Shown in pieces: positions 25,455 to 32,000 of a stretch of 32,000 bases of DNA (position 1 is the stretch's first letter; each line of letters starts with the position of its first letter). The notes beneath the pieces are model-generated. The model had not been told where the DNA came from. It saw only the letters and a list, made by a program, of their open reading frames with translations, and did not search any database. The stretch is from the NCBI GenBank assembly GCA_031288595.1, contig JAITRB010000011.1, positions 1-32,000 on the forward strand, in the 5' to 3' direction. The translations under genes and the position numbers were made by a program. This DNA comes from Puniceicoccales bacterium (GTDB taxonomy: Bacteria; Verrucomicrobiota; Verrucomicrobiia; Opitutales; JAIRLG01).

Positions 25455-26252
25455 ATGGATGCCCTGAGAGCAGTTTCCCGAACATTTCTCCGACTGGCGC
25501 ATCCGGTATTGGATTTTCTCTACCCGCGCTACTGCCTCTTCTGTCTCCGGGCGATTCAGGGGGGGGAGACCTGGCATATCTGCGAATCCTGCCGACGCTC
25601 GCTGGAACCGCGAAGCCCCCATTCCGCTGAGCTTCAGGATGCTTCCTTAAACCCAGAAGCTTGTGGGGAAAAGGATTCCTTCCTCTCCATCGCCGGAGCC
25701 CCTCGTTCTTCTGAGCAAGGCCAGAATCTTTCCGGCCAAGGCCGAAATTTTCCACTGCGGCAGATCCGCTACCTCTGGAACTTTCGGGGTCTGCCTCGAG
25801 AATGGATCCATGCCCTGAAGTACCGCGATGGCGAATACCTGGTCGCGGATCTCGAAAAAATTCTCAGGCATCACCCCGAGTGGGGCGACTACCTCTCCGG
25901 AGCGATTTTGGTCCCTGTGCCGCTCCACTGGCGGCGGCTCTGGCGGCGAGACTACAACCAGAGCGAGGTGATTGCCCGTGCTTTATCCCGGGTCTCGGGT
26001 TCACCGGTCATGTCCCTCCTTCGCCGGCGAAAAAACTCCCCGTCCCAGACCCAACTGGGGCACGGTGAACGTCAGAAGAACATCGAAGGAGCCTTTAGCA
26101 TCCAGCGCCGAGCCAAGCGCGTCGACCGTGAGCACCGCCTCATCCTGATCGACGATGTGCTGACCACCGGCGCGACGCTTCGGGAATGCGCCGCTGTGCT
26201 CTTCCAAAATGGATTTCGGGCCGTCGACGTTGCTACCCTGGCCCACGGGTAA
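25455..26252 (+). CDS. comF: ComF-family phosphoribosyltransferase-domain protein
   Basis: N-terminal zinc finger (YCLFCL..CESCRRSL) and C-terminal PRTase motif (LILIDDVLTTGATL). The start is set at ATG 25455, after the greA stop. Confidence 0.8.
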   Translation: MDALRAVSRTFLRLAHPVLDFLYPRYCLFCLRAIQGGETWHICESCRRSLEPRSPHSAELQDASLNPEACGEKDSFLSIAGAPRSSEQGQNLSGQGRNFPLRQIRYLWNFRGLPREWIHALKYRDGEYLVADLEKILRHHPEWGDYLSGAILVPVPLHWRRLWRRDYNQSEVIARALSRVSGSPVMSLLRRRKNSPSQTQLGHGERQKNIEGAFSIQRRAKRVDREHRLILIDDVLTTGATLRECAAVLFQNGFRAVDVATLAHG

Positions 26253-26373
26253 ACCTCTCTCTAGGGCATAGATCCCTCCTCCTGTATGGCAATTTCCCTG
26301 GGGGATTGCCGCTCTTTTCCGGCATTTGCCGCTCCCTCATTGGGGAAGATTGTGCGTTTGGGTATTGGGTTCA

Positions 26374-26459
26374 GGGGCTGTCTTTAGATTCCGGAGGAAT
26401 CCGCCCGCGGAGCGGGCGCCGGCGCGCAAACGGAGTTTGCGCGCCGTAAAGACAGCCCC
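26374..26459 (+). repeat. Four-way-junction extragenic palindromic element, copy B
   Basis: GGGGCTGTCTTTA / GATTCC-gga-GGAATC / CGCCCG-cggag-CGGGCG / CGGCGCGCAAA-cggag-TTTGCGCGCCG / TAAAGACAGCCCC. All stems are perfect. It lies in the convergent comF/hldD spacer. Confidence 0.8.
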
Positions 26460-26523
26460 AGTACCTCACCAGAGCCATACAGGACAAGCGCGCGATGTGC
26501 GGACACTTCCGTCCGCTCCATAT

Positions 26524-27555
26524 CTAGCTTAGATCCTCCTCGCCGAGATATTTGTGAGAGGGGAGGAGATAGCGCTGAACGTAGTCCTGGACAGCTTCCT
26601 TCAGGGGCGTGATTTCCTCATCATAGCCGAGATGCCGCAACTTTTGGATGTCGGCTAGGGTGTGGTACTGATACTGGAGTTTCAAAATCTCCGGCATGTC
26701 GATGTACTCGACGCGAAGGGGCACTCCCATGGCATCGGCGATGGCTCGGGCGAGATCGATCCAGCGGGAAGCGATACCGGAACCGATGTTGTAAATTCCC
26801 CCCGTCGGTGCTCCGTTCTGGATCGCAGGCACTTCGGCCAAGAAAAGACTCATCCGTACGGCATCCTTGACATAGAGAAAATCTCGAGTCTGTTCGCCGT
26901 CCGAACAGTCCGACCGACAACTCCTGAAGAGGCCCAGCGTCTCGCTCTCGGAAATCTGCCGAACGCCCCGAGGGACAAAGCTCATCATCGGACCTTTGTG
27001 GTACTCGTTGGGACCGAAGATGTTGAAATACTTCATGCCGTAGATCTGGGACAAAAATCCCCGGCGCCGGGCATAGAGATCGAAGAGATGCTTGGAGTAG
27101 CCGTAGATATTGAGCGGGCGCAGGTACGGCAGTTGCTCCTCGTCGTCGGGCATGCCCGGAGCCGCCGCTCCATAAGTGGCCGCTGAGGAGGCATAGACGA
27201 AACGAATTCCCTTCGCCACGGCCCATTCAGCCAGCTGCCTGCTGAAGCCATAATTGTTCCGGATCAAAAAGTCGGCATTGTGTTCGGCTGTATCGGCGCA
27301 GGCACCCAGGTGAAAGATGCAGGAAATGCCTTCCAGCTTTACCTCGTTACGGCCGATACAGTCCAGCAATTCCGACGGCGAAAGGAGCTCGGTGAAACGC
27401 AGGGGGATGAGGTTCCGGAAGCGCTCGTCCTGCCCAAGAGAATCGCAAATGAGCACATCTTCCCATCCCCTCCGATTGAGCTCCCACAACAGTGCGCTGC
27501 CGATAAAACCAGCTCCCCCGGTTAGGAGAATCTGGCCTTGATCCCAGGCTTTCAT
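26524..27555 (-). CDS. hldD: ADP-L-glycero-D-manno-heptose 6-epimerase
   Basis: Motifs ILLTGGAGFIGSAL, ASSAATYG, LNIYGYSKHLFD, YFNIFGPNEYHKG, TRDFLYVKD and YQYHTLADIQKLRHLGY are collinear with E. coli HldD as remembered. Confidence 0.88.
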   Translation of the reverse strand: MKAWDQGQILLTGGAGFIGSALLWELNRRGWEDVLICDSLGQDERFRNLIPLRFTELLSPSELLDCIGRNEVKLEGISCIFHLGACADTAEHNADFLIRNNYGFSRQLAEWAVAKGIRFVYASSAATYGAAAPGMPDDEEQLPYLRPLNIYGYSKHLFDLYARRRGFLSQIYGMKYFNIFGPNEYHKGPMMSFVPRGVRQISESETLGLFRSCRSDCSDGEQTRDFLYVKDAVRMSLFLAEVPAIQNGAPTGGIYNIGSGIASRWIDLARAIADAMGVPLRVEYIDMPEILKLQYQYHTLADIQKLRHLGYDEEITPLKEAVQDYVQRYLLPSHKYLGEEDLS

Positions 27556-27662
27556 CTTGCCATGGGATAAGTCCAGAGGGGGGAGTCAAGCCTTCTTCGA
27601 AGGGGGCTGTGGCGGCCAAGTGGGAGATTTAGGGGCGATGTTCTTTGGGAAGTGGTTTTCTT

Positions 27663-27760
27663 TGGCCAGCTTTGGATTCCGAAGGAATCGTGGCCCGCTC
27701 CGCGGGCCACCCCCGGGCCCACGACAAAAAATTTGTCATGGGCCCGGGCAAAGCTGGCCA
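27663..27760 (+). repeat. Four-way-junction extragenic palindromic element, copy C
   Basis: TGGCCAGCTTTG / GATTCC-gaa-GGAATC / GTGGCCCGC-tcc-GCGGGCCAC / CCCGGGCCCACGAC-aaaaaattt-GTCATGGGCCCGGG (one C:A mismatch) / CAAAGCTGGCCA. It lies 108 nt upstream of the hldD start. Confidence 0.8.
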
Positions 27761-28107
27761 GAAGCGGCCTTGGTGTCGAAACTCGTAGCGCACACCGAGT
27801 GCTCAGCAGCGGACTCCCGGGACAAGTTTCCCGCCGGCCTTCTGGGAGCTTCCGGGTCCTCGCTCTGCTCTTCCGGCTGCCAGTACTGCCCGAGAAGGCC
27901 GCTGCCCAGTTCATCATCCATCCTGTCTCGGGTGATTCCCTGGAAAGCAGAAGGCCTGGAGGCAAGACCGTTTCCCGAATGGCGAAACGAGCGCTTCTAG
28001 GCAGGCGGCCGCTCCGCGCTTCCACCCGCCGAAGCGGGTTTTCCCGCTGTGAACAAGTTCCGATAAAAAAGTCTAGACCGAGGTGAGAATATGATATATA
28101 TAGATGC

Positions 28108-28129
28108 ATAGCACAGATATATGTGCTAT
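28108..28129. promoter_or_regulatory. NrdR-box-like palindrome upstream of nrdD
   Basis: ATAGCACA-gatata-TGTGCTAT gives CAC-N8(AT-rich)-GTG, the spacing of the NrdR box consensus. It is embedded in a TATATATA-rich tract 28 nt upstream of the nrdD ATG. A clear second box is not evident. Confidence 0.45.
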
Positions 28130-28156
28130 ATGTAGTCTTGAATTATTGAAAATACC

Positions 28157-30301
28157 ATGTCACATTCCAACGATTTGAAAGCCTCAGCCCTTCCTCTCGG
28201 CCAGAAGGGAGATGAGGCTGCCCTCTGCGGGCAGATTTACCAGATTTTCCTGGAGGCCGGACGGACAACTGGAGAATACGAGAGCTCCCAGGCCTGGGAG
28301 TTGGCCCGCGAAGTCCTGTCAAAGCTGTGGGAAAAGACCGCTTCTGGTGTCGAGATCACTCCAGCCGTCATCGAGGAGAATATCGAGGATTGTCTGATGC
28401 GCTCGACGTTTTTACTGACCGCCAAGACCTTCATCATCGCCCGCGACCGCCGCTCCCACTTACCGGAGATTTCACACCAGAAGGAGCTCGAGAACGTCGA
28501 CCAGTACCTCTCGCGCTCGGACTGGAAGGTGCGGGAAAACAGCAACATGTCCTACTCACTACAGGGACTGAACAATTACCTCTCCGCTGAGATAAGCCAG
28601 AACTATTGGCTCTACCGCGTCTATCCGCAAAAAATACGCGAGGCCCACGAATCCGGCGATTTCCACATCCATGACCTGAGCCAGCTGTCCGTCTACTGCG
28701 TGGGTTGGGACTTGGCCGATCTTCTGCGAGAGGGTTTCCGCGGTGTTGTCGGTAAGCTGGAGGCCCAGCCGCCAAAGCACTTTAGGACGGCCCTAGGGCA
28801 GGTGGTGAACTTCTTCTACACCCTGCAGGGGGAAGCGGCCGGCGCCCAGGCCTTTTCCAACTTCGACACCCTTCTGGCTCCTTTCATTCGCCATGACCAG
28901 CTGGATGAGGCCCGGGTGGAACAGGCCCTACAGGAGTTCGTCTTCAACATCAATGTCCCGACACGGGTTGGTTTCCAGACGCCCTTCACCAACATCACCT
29001 TGGATTTCTTCTGTCCCAAACACCTGGCTGCCGAGCCGGTGATTATCGGCGGGGAGTTACAGTCCATGACCTATGGGGAATTCCAGGAAGAGATGAATGT
29101 CTTCAATCGGGCGCTCTTTCGGGTGATGACCCGGGGGGATGCCCGCGGACGGGTCATGACCTTTCCGATTCCGACGATCAATCTGAGCAAGGATTTCGAC
29201 TGGGACAATCCCAACCTGCGCGGTCTCTGGGAAATGACCGGCAAATACGGCATTCCCTACTTCTCGAACTTCATCAATTCCGACATGAAGCCGGAGGATA
29301 CGCGTTCGATGTGTTGCCGTCTGCGCATCGACAATACACAACTGGAAAAGCGCGGTGGCGGGCTATTTGGAGCCAATCCTCTGACCGGCAGCATCGGCGT
29401 CGTGACCATCAATCTCCCCCGCGTCGGTTACCTAGCCCAGAGTCAAGCGGAGTTCTTCGATCGCCTGGGACAGCTGATGGACCTCGCCAAGGAGAGCCTG
29501 GAGATCAAGCGCAGCTTTCTGGAGCAGCTGAGCGAGCGCAATCTCTATCCCTACATCTCCTTCTACCTCGGACGAATCAAGGAGCGGTTCGGCCATTACT
29601 GGCAGAATCACTTCTCGACCATCGGTCTTGTCGGGATGAACGAAGCCTGTCTGAATTTCCTCGGCGAGCCCATCACCAGTGAGGAGGGTAAGGCCTTCGC
29701 CCTTAAAGTTCTGGATTTCATGCGCGAGCGACTGCTCCAGTATCAGACCCAAACGGGACACCACTACAACCTGGAAGCCACACCAGCGGAGGGAACCTCC
29801 TATCGCCTGGCCCGCAAGGATAAGCAATGCTTTGGGGATGCGATTGAGGCGGCCAACGACACTACGTGCGGCGCCAGTGGTGGAGTGCCCTTCTATACCA
29901 ATTCCGTCCACGTGCCGGTCAATCATACGGATGATCTTTTTGGCCTTCTCGATCATCAGGATGATCTGCAGACGAAATTCACCGGTGGTACCGTCGTGCA
30001 TCTCTTTCTGGGTGAGCGCCTAGAAGATCCCGAGGTCGTAAAGGGATTGGTCCGAAAGGTCGCGGAGAACTACCATCTGCCCTATTTCTCCCTCACGCCG
30101 ACCTTTTCCGTCTGTCCGGACCACGGCTATCTCCCCGGAGAACAGCCCCGCTGCTCCCGCTGTGACAAAACGACGGAGGTCTATTCCCGCGTCGTCGGTT
30201 ACTTGAGGCCTGTTCAGCAATGGAATGATGGGAAACAGGCAGAATTTAACCTGAGGAAAGAGCTGAAGTTCGCACAAGCTGAAGTTGCAGATTGTTCGTA
30301 A
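28157..30301 (+). CDS. nrdD: anaerobic (class III) ribonucleoside-triphosphate reductase
   Basis: 714 aa. It has the active-site block TRSMCCRLRID, a C-terminal zinc ribbon (CPDHGY..CSRCD) and a glycyl-radical motif (YSRVVGYLRPVQQWNDGK). Confidence 0.92.
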   Translation: MSHSNDLKASALPLGQKGDEAALCGQIYQIFLEAGRTTGEYESSQAWELAREVLSKLWEKTASGVEITPAVIEENIEDCLMRSTFLLTAKTFIIARDRRSHLPEISHQKELENVDQYLSRSDWKVRENSNMSYSLQGLNNYLSAEISQNYWLYRVYPQKIREAHESGDFHIHDLSQLSVYCVGWDLADLLREGFRGVVGKLEAQPPKHFRTALGQVVNFFYTLQGEAAGAQAFSNFDTLLAPFIRHDQLDEARVEQALQEFVFNINVPTRVGFQTPFTNITLDFFCPKHLAAEPVIIGGELQSMTYGEFQEEMNVFNRALFRVMTRGDARGRVMTFPIPTINLSKDFDWDNPNLRGLWEMTGKYGIPYFSNFINSDMKPEDTRSMCCRLRIDNTQLEKRGGGLFGANPLTGSIGVVTINLPRVGYLAQSQAEFFDRLGQLMDLAKESLEIKRSFLEQLSERNLYPYISFYLGRIKERFGHYWQNHFSTIGLVGMNEACLNFLGEPITSEEGKAFALKVLDFMRERLLQYQTQTGHHYNLEATPAEGTSYRLARKDKQCFGDAIEAANDTTCGASGGVPFYTNSVHVPVNHTDDLFGLLDHQDDLQTKFTGGTVVHLFLGERLEDPEVVKGLVRKVAENYHLPYFSLTPTFSVCPDHGYLPGEQPRCSRCDKTTEVYSRVVGYLRPVQQWNDGKQAEFNLRKELKFAQAEVADCS

Positions 30302-30323
30302 ATTCTGCTTTTGCACGAAAAGG

Positions 30324-30355
30324 AAAACGACTCTCTCGTAGAGTCGTTTTTTTTT
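30324..30355 (+). terminator. intrinsic terminator of nrdD
   Basis: AAAACGACTC-tctcgta-GAGTCGTTTT runs into a T9 tract about 25 nt after the stop codon. Confidence 0.85.
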
Positions 30356-30802
30356 AGGGCAGTAAAGAAGCTGAGAGGGAATCGGTATTCTCTAGGGCAC
30401 AGTCCTGTTCTTCTCGAGTGAGAACAGGGCTGTCTTGGTTTAGGTCAAATCGTTAAAAGGCCCTACGGCAGAGAAGAATAGAGCATGAGCCCTTTCTTTT
30501 TCAGACAAAGAGCTGTAAGAACCTACTCTCTGAGCCCGAGCATATGGGAATTGCCTGTATGGCGATCGAGGTTTAGGGAAAATGCCATTCACGCAAAGTC
30601 GAAGGCTCCCAAGGGGCTACTGGTTTCTAGGGGCCTTATCCTATCTATCGCCTTGTCGCACTTGGCTGCCTCATATGCTGCGAGATATTGTGCAGGATTT
30701 AAAGCGCATGGGTGCAGGCGTTTGGGCACGCCAACTCTTAATGAGTTGCTTCCCTAGATGCTTAGGGTCCCCTTTCAAGTCCGTTTTCCCAGACCATTGC
30801 AT

Positions 30803-30859
30803 GAACTTTACTCAGGAACTTTAGCTGGAAATTTTCCCAGAACTTACGCTAGAACTTTG
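30803..30859 (+). repeat. four direct GAACTT(T) repeats in a non-coding tract
   Basis: GAACTTTA begins at 30803 and 30816, GAACTTAC at 30840 and GAACTTTG at 30852 (spacings 13/24/12). A GGAAA-t-TTTCC palindrome lies between the two pairs. Confidence 0.4.
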
Positions 30860-31069
30860 AGCAGAAGAGAGGGAAGGAGGAAAGATTGGGATAGATCCAT
30901 TCCCTTGATCGCCAATCGCAGCGGTTTGGCAGCTTGGGAGGCGGAGGAAGGTGAGGACGTTCTTCGCGATGAATATTCTTCCGCGCTATTCGTTCATCTC
31001 CCAGATGACAGGGTTAAGGGCATAATCATGCTAGGTACAATTTCCCGTCCTAAAATTTCTGGTAGCCGA

Positions 31070-31846
31070 CTAGGGAAGCGTTCTGCTCTCCCCGTTCCGC
31101 TCTTCATCCCCATAAGCCACATATTCTAGGAACAATCCTTTAGCCGGAGCCGTTGGGATTTTCTCCATCTTCTCTTGACGAAAAAAGGCATTGAGAACTT
31201 CTTCCGCACTCAGCTGTCCGAGGGCAATTTCCATCGCAGCGCCGGCGATGCGACGGGCCATTTTGTAGAGATACCCGCTGGACTCGATGATCATCTCGAC
31301 CCGTGGGTCCTCGCGGATGAACTCGAGACGTCGCAGCTGCTTGACAGGATTTTCCTGCCGGTCTGGGCGGGAGGCCCCGAAAGTCGAGAAGTCATGGAGA
31401 CCGATGAGGGTGGAGCGGAAAGGCCCCAAAAGCCCCAGAGAGAGACGGCGTTCGCCGAGGCTGTGGACATAGCGCCACTGGAAGGGCGAAGGGAAGCCCT
31501 CGTAGAAGGAATAGGTATAGCGCTTCCAAAGGGTGGAGTAGCGTGCATGGAAACTGTCCTCGGTGGGCGAAAGGGAGAAAATCTGAATTTCCGCCGGCAG
31601 GCCAGAGCGCAATGCGCGGAGGAGGGCCAAAGGTCCATGGGGCCAGTCGGCATCGAAGTGAAAGACCTGATCGCGTGCATGAACACCGGCATCGGTGCGG
31701 CCACTGCCGTGGATGCGAATCGGTCGATGAAGGATTGCCGCCAGGTGGGCCTCGATGAAGTCCTGCACCGTATGGCCGCCGATTTGACTCTGCCAACCGT
31801 GGAAAGGAGTCCCATCGTAGGCGCAATGGGCGCACCAGCGCGTCAT
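31070..31846 (-). CDS. truA: tRNA pseudouridine(38-40) synthase
   Basis: Motifs YDGTPFHGWQSQ and GSGRTDAGVHA (catalytic Asp). The start is set at ATG 31846, which overlaps the lepB stop (ATGA). The longer ORF-track start is rejected. Confidence 0.88.
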   Translation of the reverse strand: MTRWCAHCAYDGTPFHGWQSQIGGHTVQDFIEAHLAAILHRPIRIHGSGRTDAGVHARDQVFHFDADWPHGPLALLRALRSGLPAEIQIFSLSPTEDSFHARYSTLWKRYTYSFYEGFPSPFQWRYVHSLGERRLSLGLLGPFRSTLIGLHDFSTFGASRPDRQENPVKQLRRLEFIREDPRVEMIIESSGYLYKMARRIAGAAMEIALGQLSAEEVLNAFFRQEKMEKIPTAPAKGLFLEYVAYGDEERNGESRTLP

Positions 31847-32000
31847 TGGGCCAGGCCCCAGCGGGAAGTGAAGGGGTAGAAGATGAAAGAGGCTCGGCCT
31901 ATGACCTCCTTCTGCGGCACCGGCCCCCAATAGCGACTGTCCCCGCTGTAAGGAGAATTATCCCCCATGGCGAAGAAATGCTCCTCCGGAACCCTTACGT
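31843..32000 (-). CDS. lepB: signal peptidase I, C-terminal fragment (continues beyond the window)
   Basis: The minus-strand translation of 32000-31846 is VRVPEEHFFAMGDNSPYSGDSRYWGPVPQKEVIGRASFIFYPF, which contains the GDN..S.DSRYWG box E signature. The stop TGA is at 31845-31843. Confidence 0.8.
   Translation of the reverse strand, partial: VRVPEEHFFAMGDNSPYSGDSRYWGPVPQKEVIGRASFIFYPFTSRWGLAQ

Noticed and set aside
27761-28107. Cobalamin riboswitch upstream of nrdD
   Set aside because: I could not find a B12-box-like core or the characteristic conserved junction sequence. This is only an eyeball check, so a covariance-model scan is still advised.
27552-28109. ORFs of 144-185 aa on both strands in the hldD-nrdD spacer
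   Set aside because: Their Arg/Pro/Ser/Gly-rich composition gives no motif and they read through palindromic repeat copy C. The region is treated as non-coding.
30485-31129. Three overlapping plus-strand ORFs (80-123 aa) downstream of nrdD, considered as nrdG or its pseudogene
   Set aside because: There is no radical-SAM CxxxCxxC motif, no SD-like signal and unconvincing composition. The last ORF runs into the convergent truA 3' end. The region is kept as an unexplained non-coding tract instead.

Overview
This is a GC-rich (by eye mid to upper 50s %), densely coding bacterial chromosomal segment. No transposase, integrase, CRISPR array or rRNA is visible. The core genes are mcsA/mcsB-like, a cell-wall amidase, infC, rpsA, mreB-mreC, a dapF-like gene, an MFS transporter, tgt, a soluble diadenylate cyclase, gmhA, an unusually long greA, comF, hldD, nrdD, truA and the 3' end of lepB. 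There are four tRNA genes, all with encoded CCA: Val-CAC, Arg-CCU, Lys-CUU and Asn-GUU. The long GreA, the N-terminally extended MreB and the McsAB-like pair suggest a PVC/Chlamydiae-like lineage, but I cannot confirm this without a search. Accessory-looking material has visibly lower GC. It comprises a 671-aa orphan protein divergent from a LysR regulator, a lysR-radC pair, a divergent HTH switch module with paired operators, and a 919-aa protein with NLS-like basic clusters and a C-terminal Pro14 tract. The most unusual signal is non-coding. It is a family of four intergenic elements of about 86-98 nt (5463-5559, 18140-18230, 26374-26459, 27663-27760), with one possible decayed relic. Each folds as a linker-free four-way junction. 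Two hairpins are conserved in sequence, while the closing stem and third hairpin differ completely between copies yet stay self-complementary. Two enzymes also look catalytically altered. The DapF homologue has Ser at both catalytic Cys positions, and the McsB homologue has lost the phosphagen-kinase signature motifs. All homology statements rest on motif recognition and remembered reference sequences, not on database searches.
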